From a bacterium (GTDB lineage: Bacteria; Electryoneota; Electryoneia; Electryoneales; Electryoneaceae): a stretch of DNA of 64,000 bases. Below the pieces are notes generated by a model that saw only the letters and a program-made list of their open reading frames with translations, ran no database searches and was not told the origin of the DNA. Shown piece by piece: positions 10,872 to 18,758 of the stretch. The position numbers and the translations under genes were made by a program. The stretch lies in NCBI GenBank assembly GCA_963675295.2, contig CAXXKJ010000002.1:2816001-2880000 (forward strand). Direction: 5' to 3'. Each line of letters begins with the position of its first letter. The first letter of the stretch is position 1.

Positions 10872-12008
10872 ATGGAGGCGTTAGCCGAATTGCTAGGATC
10901 CTCCGGCTTTGCTGGGCTGACTTGGCAGAACATAGTCATGTTCGCGGTCGGTGGAATTCTGATCTATCTGGCCATTACACGAGGATACGAACCCCTGTTG
11001 CTGATCCCGATCGGGTCCGGCGCGATTCTGGCCAACCTGCCATTTGCGCACATGGCCGCCGGTCTTGGCATCAGCGAAGGGTTGCTGCAGGATATTTACA
11101 AGGTCGGTATCAAGACCGAGTTTCTCCCGCCCGTTATTTTCCTCGGGGTGGGCGTACTCACCGACTTCCGGCCGTTGCTCAGCCGTCCGTACACGTTCCT
11201 GCTCGGTGCGGCTGCGCAGTTGGGCATCTTTACCGCGGCGCTGGGTGCATTTTACCTGGCCGGCTTCACCATTGAGGAATCGGCCGCCATCGGCATTATT
11301 GGTGGCGCGGATGGTCCGACGTCGATCTTTCTTGCGAGCAAGCTGGCTCCGCACCTGCTCGGACCGATTGCTGTTGCGGCGTACAGCTACATGTCGCTGG
11401 TTCCGATCATCCAGCCGCCGATCATGCGCATGTTGACGACCAAGAATGAACGGAAAATCGACATGCCGCAGGCGAAACCGGTCTCGAAGACCGCGACCAT
11501 CCTGTTCCCGATCGTCACGGGTACGGTGGCAATGCTGGCAATTCCGTCCAGCGCGCCGTTGCTGGGCATGCTGATGTTCGGCAACCTGCTGGCGGTTTCC
11601 GGTGTCACCGAACGGCTGCGCAAGACCGCTGGTGGAGCGATGACCGACATCGTCACCATCTTCCTTGGCCTCGCAGTTGGTGCGACGATGACCGGCAGCT
11701 CGTTCCTGCAGGTGGAAACGTTAAAGATTCTGGTGATGGGCGCGATCGCATTCGGATTCTCGACTGCGGGTGGCGTCCTCTTCGCAAAGTTGATCAACGT
11801 GTTCCTGCCGGCCGGGAAGAAGATCAACCCGTGCATCGGCGCGGCCGGTGTCAGTGCGGTACCGATGTCCGCACGCGTTGTCCAGGGCTTCGTGAGCGAA
11901 CAGTCGAATGGCAAGGTGAATCCGTTGATGGCCGCGATGGGACCGAATGTCGCGGGCGTGATCGGTTCCGCCGTCGCTGCCGGTGTGTTCCTGATGTTGC
12001 TGCAATAA
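10872..12008 (+). CDS. oadB: Na+-translocating decarboxylase beta subunit
   Basis: YEPLLLIPIG, IGIIGGADGPT, AYSYMSLVP, GVSAVPMSAR, AMGPNVAGVIGS. Confidence 0.95.
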   Translation: MEALAELLGSSGFAGLTWQNIVMFAVGGILIYLAITRGYEPLLLIPIGSGAILANLPFAHMAAGLGISEGLLQDIYKVGIKTEFLPPVIFLGVGVLTDFRPLLSRPYTFLLGAAAQLGIFTAALGAFYLAGFTIEESAAIGIIGGADGPTSIFLASKLAPHLLGPIAVAAYSYMSLVPIIQPPIMRMLTTKNERKIDMPQAKPVSKTATILFPIVTGTVAMLAIPSSAPLLGMLMFGNLLAVSGVTERLRKTAGGAMTDIVTIFLGLAVGATMTGSSFLQVETLKILVMGAIAFGFSTAGGVLFAKLINVFLPAGKKINPCIGAAGVSAVPMSARVVQGFVSEQSNGKVNPLMAAMGPNVAGVIGSAVAAGVFLMLLQ

Positions 12009-12037
12009 CGTATCCAAACACCTTTGTTCAACCACCC

Positions 12038-12070
12038 CGCCTGCGGTTTCTGACCGCAGGCGTTTTCTCT
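12038..12070 (+). terminator. intrinsic terminator after oadB
   Basis: CGCCTGCGGT-TTCTG-ACCGCAGGCG followed by TTTTCTCT. Confidence 0.8.
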
Positions 12071-12312
12071 CTTCTCACTGGTGTTTCCACCCCTCTGAGC
12101 TCGAAACGGGCTCCCTTGCTCCCCTTATCACATGACAAGAAGTTAGAGGCTCCTTACATTCAAAAGACAACAATTTTCATGGAACTGTTGGGGGACAGTC
12201 ATCCGTGAGAGAGACGTACGAACTTACGGTAGCCCTCCCCCATCCCCCTGCTTCCGGCACGTTGGGCACGGTTATCGTGACGTATAACCATACTGTCTGG
12301 AGGTAGTGGAAA

Positions 12313-14289
12313 ATGTTGAAGTTAAATCACGGAACCGACATCCTTGCGGCCAGCGGCGGAGTGGAGAATTACGCCGATGCCCGCGCGATCCTTACCGATA
12401 TCCTCGACGACACCAACCTCGCCAAGCTTGACCAGATCAAGACGGAAGACGCGTGGGTAAAGATTGCTAACGCGGTGAAGTTGTGTGAGCCGGATGATGT
12501 GTTCGTTCTGACCGGTTCGATGGAGGACGTGTACGAGATCCGTCGCCGCAGCATCGAGAAGGGCGAAGAGAAGCTGTTGGCGATGAAGGATCACACAGTC
12601 CACTTTGATCTGCCCGAAGAACAGGGCCGGATCGTGGACCGCACGTTCTACATCGTCAACGAAGACGAGGACACCAGCGTGCTCGCGAAGACGATGATCC
12701 GCAACGAAGCGCAGGACTATGTGCAGGAAAACATGCGCGGCATCATGAAGGGCAAGACGATGTTTGTTGGCTTCTTCAGCCGTGGTCCGCAGGGCGCGAA
12801 GCTGGCGTTGCCGGCGATTGAGATTTCGTCCTCAACCTACGTCATGCACTCCGGCTTGATCCTGTATCGCAATTGTTTCGGCACGTTTGACGATCAGGTC
12901 AAGCAGACCGGCCATTTCCTGACGAACGTACACAGCGAAGGCCAGAACCGTCCGGAAGATCTGCCTAACGCCCGTGTGTTCATGGACCGCAGTTGGCTGA
13001 CTACGTTCTCGATGTTCTGCACCTATGCCGGCAACACGCTGCTGCTGAAGAAGGGCAATCACCGCATGGCCGTGGACCTCGCCAGCTATTATGGCAACAG
13101 CGAAGCGTTGTCCGAGCATATGTTCATCACCGGGATGAAGGATGACAGCGGCCGGATCACGTGGTTCGCGGGAGCGGCACCGTCCGGTTGCGGTAAAACC
13201 ACCACTGCGATGGCGGGCACGGACTTCGTCGGCGACGACCTCGCGCAGATGTGGGTCGACGATGACGGGACCATGCGTGCGATCAACCCGGAACAGGGCA
13301 TCTTCGGCATCGTTGCCGATGTCAACCGTGACGGCGACCCGTACCTGATGAAGGCGCTGCGAGAAGAAGGTACTGAGGTCATTTGGTCGAACGTGCTGGT
13401 GGATGATGATGGCGTCACGCACTGGACCGGCAACGGCGAGGAGCACCCGGACCACGGCGTCAATTTCCAGGGCGAGTGGCACAAGGGCAAGACCAGGGCC
13501 GACGGCACGGAAATCCCGATCTCGCACCCGAACGCTCGCTGCACGCTGCGTTGCGACGCAATTGACAACTACAACCGTGAACATGGCGAGGATCCGAATG
13601 GCGTCCCGGTCAAGGTGGTGACCTACTCCGGCCGTGACAGCGACACGATGCCGCCGGTGTGGGTTGGCAAGAATGCGGATCACGGCGTGGTAATTGGGGC
13701 CTCGATCGTCTCCGCCGCGACGGCGACCGAAGTCGGCGCTTCCGGCGTCAAGCGTCAGCCGTGGGCGAACGCACCGTTCATCCCGGGTCCGCTGGCCGAC
13801 TACATGAAGGTCCAGTTCGAGTTCTTCAACAGCAGCAAGTTTGATACGGACGGACAGCCGGTGCTGGCGGGTCTCAACTACTTCCTCACCGACGAAGCCC
13901 GTGGTGGCTCGAGCAAGAAGCTGCTCGGCGAAAAGAGGGACGTGAAGGTGTGGTTGTCCTGGCTGGCGGCATACGCCAACGGCGATGTCGAGGCGATTGA
14001 GACGCCGATTGGCTACATCCCACGTTACGAGGATTTGCACGAACTGTTTCACAAGGTGATCGGCAAGGAGTATTCGTGGGAACTGTACGTCAAGCACTTC
14101 TCGCTGTACATCGACAACATTCTTGCCCGGATCGAATTGCAGCGTGACGCCTTCGGCAAGGAGAAGAACCTGCCAACGCAACTGTTTGCGGTGTACGACG
14201 AGTGGGAATCCGGCCTGATCGAACTTAAGCAGCATCATGGCGCGGTAGTTAGCCCCGACCAGTTGCAGGCGTTCACCGCGGCCGGTTAA
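12313..14289 (+). CDS. pckG: phosphoenolpyruvate carboxykinase (GTP)
   Basis: YAGNTLLLKK, SEHMFI, AAPSGCGKT P-loop, VGDDLA, AINPEQGIFG, SHPNAR, GRDSDT. GGAGG RBS. Confidence 0.93.
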   Translation: MLKLNHGTDILAASGGVENYADARAILTDILDDTNLAKLDQIKTEDAWVKIANAVKLCEPDDVFVLTGSMEDVYEIRRRSIEKGEEKLLAMKDHTVHFDLPEEQGRIVDRTFYIVNEDEDTSVLAKTMIRNEAQDYVQENMRGIMKGKTMFVGFFSRGPQGAKLALPAIEISSSTYVMHSGLILYRNCFGTFDDQVKQTGHFLTNVHSEGQNRPEDLPNARVFMDRSWLTTFSMFCTYAGNTLLLKKGNHRMAVDLASYYGNSEALSEHMFITGMKDDSGRITWFAGAAPSGCGKTTTAMAGTDFVGDDLAQMWVDDDGTMRAINPEQGIFGIVADVNRDGDPYLMKALREEGTEVIWSNVLVDDDGVTHWTGNGEEHPDHGVNFQGEWHKGKTRADGTEIPISHPNARCTLRCDAIDNYNREHGEDPNGVPVKVVTYSGRDSDTMPPVWVGKNADHGVVIGASIVSAATATEVGASGVKRQPWANAPFIPGPLADYMKVQFEFFNSSKFDTDGQPVLAGLNYFLTDEARGGSSKKLLGEKRDVKVWLSWLAAYANGDVEAIETPIGYIPRYEDLHELFHKVIGKEYSWELYVKHFSLYIDNILARIELQRDAFGKEKNLPTQLFAVYDEWESGLIELKQHHGAVVSPDQLQAFTAAG

Positions 14290-14318
14290 TCCCCGCACCA
14301 TTACGATTCAAGCTATCC

Positions 14319-14350
14319 AACCGCGTGGTTTTCGCACCACGCGGTTTTTC
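14319..14350 (+). terminator. intrinsic terminator after pckG
   Basis: AACCGCGTGGT-N6-ACCACGCGGTT running into a T tract. Confidence 0.8.
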
Positions 14351-14457
14351 TCTCTGAACGTTGCTCCTTCCTGCCTCTCGCGTCTCTTCGTTATGGAAAT
14401 CACAAAGGTTGGATCTGCATCTAACTTTGCAACAGCTCCCCTGCTTCACGGTTTGAT

Positions 14458-14475
14458 TTGTGAAGCATTACACAA
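14458..14475. promoter_or_regulatory. Rex-box-like operator
   Basis: TTGTGAA-GCAT-TACACAA, one mismatch to the Rex consensus TTGTGAA-N4-TTCACAA, 36 bp before the octaheme gene start. Confidence 0.5.
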
Positions 14476-14511
14476 ATTGGGTCCATGTTCACCCGGGAGA
14501 AAGGAAGTCTC

Positions 14512-15891
14512 ATGCGTCACCTGTCCTGGTTACTGATCCTTGTACTCGCGACTGTCGCTCTGGCCGCCGAGGATCACAGCGAATACTTCACCGATCCCTT
14601 TGATACACCTCAGGACGTCACCGCCACCTGCCTCGAATGTCATGACGATGTGGGCGAATCCATCCTCCACACCCGTCACTGGAACTGGCAGGGCACCACA
14701 ACCGCCGAGGATGGCAGTGAGCAAGTTGTGATCGGCAAGCAGAGCCTGATCAACAATTTCTGCATCTCGGTGCCGTCAAACTGGCCACGCTGCACCAGCT
14801 GCCACATCGGGTACGGCTGGCAGGACGCAAGTTTCGATCACAGCGACCCGGGCAACATCGACTGCCTCGTCTGCCATGACGCCACCGGCACCTACAAGAA
14901 AGTCCCCACCGGCGCGGGCATGCCGGACCCGTCGGTTGATCTGCTGGCGGTGGCACAGTCAGTCGGCTCCACCCCTTCACGCACCAATTGCGGCACCTGC
15001 CACTTTGATGGTGGTGGCGGAACCGGCGTCAAGCACGGTGACATGGACGACATGTTGTACGAACCGACTCGTGAGCTGGACGTGCACATGGGCGGACTGG
15101 ACTTTGTCTGCGTCGATTGCCATACGACCGAAGACCACAAGATATCCGGCGCCAGCCATGGCTCGATGACGATGAACGAGAACCACATCTCTTGCACCGA
15201 TTGTCATGACGATCCGGAACTGCATGACAATTCCGCGATCAATCGTCACCTCAATACCCTCGCCTGCGAAACCTGCCACATCCCGGAGTATGCGCGCGGC
15301 CTGCCAACGAAAACCTGGTGGGACTGGTCACAGGCCGGCGAGGATCGTGAGGTTGGGCACGACGAGTACGGTAAAGAGATGTACAGCAAGAAGAAGGGCG
15401 AATTTGAATGGGGCAAGGACCTGGTACCAACCTATGCCTGGTCCAATGGTGGCGCGTCTGTGTATCGCATTGGCGACACGATTAATCCCTCGGCGCCGGT
15501 CGCGTTGAACCAGCTGCAAGGTGGGTTTGACGACCCGGATTCACGGATTCGGCCCTACAAGGTGATGCGTGGCAAGCAACCTTATAACGTCGTAAACAAC
15601 ACGATGATCGTGCCGCACCTGTTCGGTTCTGAAGGGTATTGGAAGACCTTCAACTGGGAACAGGCTGCGTCGATCGGAATGGCAGCGGTCGGACAGGATT
15701 TCTCCGGCGAGGTCGGCTTTGTCGAAACCGAGATGTACTGGCCGTTGAACCACACCGTCGCTCCGAAAGAGGACGCTTTGCGCTGCACCGACTGCCACAT
15801 CCGTGGCGAACGTCTCGACTGGACAGCGTTGGGTTACGATGGCGATCCAATGAAGACGAAACAGAAACGCCTCGAGCCTGACGGGGACTAA
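14512..15891 (+). CDS. octaheme c-type cytochrome, tetrathionate reductase (OTR) family
   Basis: Signal peptide, eight CxxCH motifs (CLECH, CTSCH, CLVCH, CGTCH, CVDCH, CTDCH, CETCH, CTDCH), OTR-type INNFC, GGGGTGVKHGD, TKTWWDWSQAG. Confidence 0.92.
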   Translation: MRHLSWLLILVLATVALAAEDHSEYFTDPFDTPQDVTATCLECHDDVGESILHTRHWNWQGTTTAEDGSEQVVIGKQSLINNFCISVPSNWPRCTSCHIGYGWQDASFDHSDPGNIDCLVCHDATGTYKKVPTGAGMPDPSVDLLAVAQSVGSTPSRTNCGTCHFDGGGGTGVKHGDMDDMLYEPTRELDVHMGGLDFVCVDCHTTEDHKISGASHGSMTMNENHISCTDCHDDPELHDNSAINRHLNTLACETCHIPEYARGLPTKTWWDWSQAGEDREVGHDEYGKEMYSKKKGEFEWGKDLVPTYAWSNGGASVYRIGDTINPSAPVALNQLQGGFDDPDSRIRPYKVMRGKQPYNVVNNTMIVPHLFGSEGYWKTFNWEQAASIGMAAVGQDFSGEVGFVETEMYWPLNHTVAPKEDALRCTDCHIRGERLDWTALGYDGDPMKTKQKRLEPDGD

Positions 15892-16281
15892 AAGTTAGGA
15901 AGCCCTGTCTCTCGGGCTCCGCCGGACACGGTCCAAGGGCTACACACCGCAGTACGAATTGCAGGGGATATCACGCATATCCCCTGTTCTCCTCGATTCG
16001 GCCGCAGTCTGCTAACTTGCCTCTCTCGCTGGAATTTCGCCGTTCCCGAAGTTTTTCTCGCCAACTTTGAAAACCGAAATTTCTGGTGCAGAACCTCGAA
16101 ACGTGTAATTACGCGGTTGGATCTGAGCGTCAAAACCAAAAAATCAGGGCAATAAATTTCAAACTCGTTTTGATAGCTTTTCCCCTGAAGCTCGAGTAGA
16201 TTCCGCGCCGGGTTGGTACTCCTCGTAGTCCCGCGGAATTGGCATGCCTCTGTGTAGAACAACTGCAGACAGGACTGAACG

Positions 16282-18081
16282 ATGAAACGCATCATACTTC
16301 TGTGCACAATACTAGTGTTCCCTCTGCTCGCGATGGCTCAGCCAACGTGGGATGAACAGATTATCGCGATCAATACGGACGGCCCGATTATCGTTCACAC
16401 GGCTGACATCGACGGTGACGGCGACATGGACGTTGTCAATTCCGGTTGGTTTGACGATAAGATCGTGTGGCACGAAAACCTGCCCAATGGCTGGAATTCG
16501 CACACCATCGATCCGGAGTTTCCCGGAAATCGAACCGTCTCCCCCGTTGACATTGATCTCGATGGCGACATGGATGTCTTGTCCGCAGCGTTTTCAGGTG
16601 ATGAACTCGCGTGGTATGAACAGGATGGTAACAACTGGACCAAGCACGTGATCTCCAGCGCCGTGGACGGCCCCGTCGGCGTCGAGGGTGTTGATCTCGA
16701 TCAGGACGGCGACATTGACGTCCTCTGCACTGCCTTTAACGGCGACAAGATCTACTGGTTCGAGAATGAAAATCTGAGTTTCACCGAACATGAAATCGGG
16801 CGGAACTACAATGGCGCAAACGGGATCATGTCGTTCGACATCGACCAGGACGGCGACATCGATATCGCGACCAGTTCACAGGAAGGCAACCAGATCTCGT
16901 GGTGGGAAAACGATAATTTCAACTGGATCGAACACGACTTGAGCCAGAACATGGCGTCGGCACGTTGTGTCGCGGTGGGTGACATGGACGGTGACGGCGA
17001 TCCGGACATTGTCGGCGCTGCAGTGATCGCGGATGAAATCGCGTGGTGGGAGAACCGTGGCGGCGGTGAATTCGCCAAGCACATCGTCTCCTGCGGATTT
17101 GACGGCGCACGGTACGTGAAGATCATTGATGTCGACAACGACGGCGACAACGACCTCGTCGCTACCGCGCTGTGGCAGGATGAAGTTGCGTGGTTTGAAA
17201 ATGTTGGCGATGATTTTACCAAGCACGTTGTCAGTAGCGATTTGTACCTGGCCAAAGGCGTGGACGCGGCAGATCTGGATGATGACGGCGATATCGATAT
17301 CGTTGGTGCTTCCTACCAGGCCGATAACATCATCGTTTACACGCAGGACCCGGATCAGAATCGGGATAAGGTCAGCATCGAATTGACCCCGCACGAATAC
17401 CCGATCACGGTGCAGCGTGAAGAAGAATTCCTGCTCGATCTGGAAATCAACATCGATAACTTCTTCATCGGGTACTACGGTATCTGGATCGAAATCATGC
17501 TCCCGAACGGGCACATCTACGGTCCAACGTACTACAACGACGTCTGGGTGATTTTCTCGCGAACGATCACTTCGAACAACTACTCACAGTACATCCCGGC
17601 GAACGCGCCGTACGGCGAATACCAGTGGATGATGAGTGTCGGCGATTCCGGCGAACATGCATACCAGACGGCTTCGTTCCGTTTCACCGTCGAACCGAGC
17701 CAAAGCGCGGATGAAGCCTCCGTTGGCGAGACGAAGCCCGGCGACTGGACCGTGACCGGACTCGACATTCCGGAATATGAAGACGAAGCGGCGGCGGATT
17801 TCTTCGCCCAGCCGCGTGAGACAGCACTCGGTAAGGCATACCCGAATCCGTTCAACGCGCAGGTGGTGATTCCATTGAGTGTTGCGAATGACAGCGACGT
17901 TCGCCTCACGGTGCACAACACGCTGGGCCAGGAAGTTGCGGTGCTGCAGGATGGAACGTTGATTGGCGGCACCCACGAGTTCAGCTTCCAGGCACAGAAC
18001 CTGAGCACCGGCCTGTATTTCGTGCAGGCGACGGTGGACGGTCGTCCCCTCGCACCGCAGAAGCTGATGCTGCTGTGGTAA
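16282..18081 (+). CDS. secreted FG-GAP/VCBS-repeat protein with Ig-like middle domain and C-terminal sorting domain
   Basis: Signal peptide, seven DxDxDGDxD repeats with W(Y/F/W/H)EN-type motifs, AYPNPFN...LSTGLYFV tail. Confidence 0.9.
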   Translation: MKRIILLCTILVFPLLAMAQPTWDEQIIAINTDGPIIVHTADIDGDGDMDVVNSGWFDDKIVWHENLPNGWNSHTIDPEFPGNRTVSPVDIDLDGDMDVLSAAFSGDELAWYEQDGNNWTKHVISSAVDGPVGVEGVDLDQDGDIDVLCTAFNGDKIYWFENENLSFTEHEIGRNYNGANGIMSFDIDQDGDIDIATSSQEGNQISWWENDNFNWIEHDLSQNMASARCVAVGDMDGDGDPDIVGAAVIADEIAWWENRGGGEFAKHIVSCGFDGARYVKIIDVDNDGDNDLVATALWQDEVAWFENVGDDFTKHVVSSDLYLAKGVDAADLDDDGDIDIVGASYQADNIIVYTQDPDQNRDKVSIELTPHEYPITVQREEEFLLDLEINIDNFFIGYYGIWIEIMLPNGHIYGPTYYNDVWVIFSRTITSNNYSQYIPANAPYGEYQWMMSVGDSGEHAYQTASFRFTVEPSQSADEASVGETKPGDWTVTGLDIPEYEDEAAADFFAQPRETALGKAYPNPFNAQVVIPLSVANDSDVRLTVHNTLGQEVAVLQDGTLIGGTHEFSFQAQNLSTGLYFVQATVDGRPLAPQKLMLLW

Positions 18082-18140
18082 CTGGTGGGCCGGTAATCGG
18101 TCATACGACGCCGGTCTATCGTCTACCATGTACTAGCAAT

Positions 18141-18173
18141 AAACCGCGACCACCAGATGGTGATCGCGGTTTT
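18141..18173. terminator. bidirectional terminator between the FG-GAP gene and tRNA-Val
   Basis: AAACCGCGACCACCA-GA-TGGTGATCGCGGTTTT hairpin. Confidence 0.75.
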
Positions 18174-18177
18174 CTTG

Positions 18178-18251
18178 TGGGCGATACTGGATTCGAACCA
18201 GTGACTTCCACCTTGTAAGGGTGGCACTCTAACCAGCTGAGTTAATCGCCC
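18178..18251 (-). tRNA. tRNA-Val (anticodon TAC), CCA not encoded
   Basis: Reverse complement GGGCGATTAACTCAGCTGGTTAGAGTGCCACCC-T-TAC-AA-GGTGGAAGTCACTGGTTCGAATCCAGTATCGCCCA folds as a full cloverleaf with a TTCGAAT T-loop. Confidence 0.97.
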
Positions 18252-18264
18252 GAGAGTGGTTGGC

Positions 18265-18567
18265 TCAGGTCTTTGCCTTGTCTCGTACAAGGATGGACAC
18301 CGGCAGCAGTACGACGTAGCCGATTACCAGCAGGATCGGGCCGAGGGTCAGCGACGCGAAGCTGTCATACGGTCCCTGGCCGAGAAACACGTATCCGATG
18401 ATGATCACTGCCAGCGAGCCGAGGAACCAGTACAGGTTCTTGCGTGAGAACGGCCACGTGAACCGATCCTTCTGAACCACCGAGGGTCTCGGTTTAGGCT
18501 GTTCGAGGGCGGATTTCGCTTCGGGTCCGGTTTTCTTCTGCTTCGACTTCTCGCTGGTAGCTGCCAT
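18265..18567 (-). CDS. small membrane protein (DUF3098-like)
   Basis: WPFSRKNLYWFLGSLAVIIIGY...SLTLGPILLVIGY two-TM pattern. Start moved to MAATSEK. Confidence 0.75.
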   Translation of the reverse strand: MAATSEKSKQKKTGPEAKSALEQPKPRPSVVQKDRFTWPFSRKNLYWFLGSLAVIIIGYVFLGQGPYDSFASLTLGPILLVIGYVVLLPVSILVRDKAKT

Positions 18568-18758
18568 TGTTCTGGTCTTCTCTCGCTGAACAGGGTTGCT
18601 GCACGGTTGTTCGCGGCTTGACGGATCGAGTTTCGCGAACAGCCCGTAACGTACACTCGGACAGGACTCCCGGTCAACGCGGAGTCCCGCTTGAACCTCG
18701 TGGGTCCATCCCCTAGTTTGGGAACACAACATTCGTGAAAACCTAGCAGGATCCACGC

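Noticed and set aside
15892-16281. 139-aa minus-strand ORF or riboswitch in the intergenic region
   Set aside because: No motifs or RBS. The hairpin at 15962-15986 is adequately explained as a terminator, and no known aptamer is recognisable.
18082-18130. Fourth heptamer array after the FG-GAP gene stop
   Set aside because: Period-7 hints (GCCGGTA ATCGGTC ... GCCGGTC TATCGTC) are too degenerate to assert without a statistical test.
1-18178. Genomic island integrated at the 3' end of tRNA-Val
   Set aside because: No integrase seen, no duplicate of the tRNA 3' end spotted, and the adjacent genes are core metabolism.
18580-18750. Possible ncRNA (6S-like) between the DUF3098-like and M28 genes
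   Set aside because: Only short local hairpins; better explained as a divergent promoter region.
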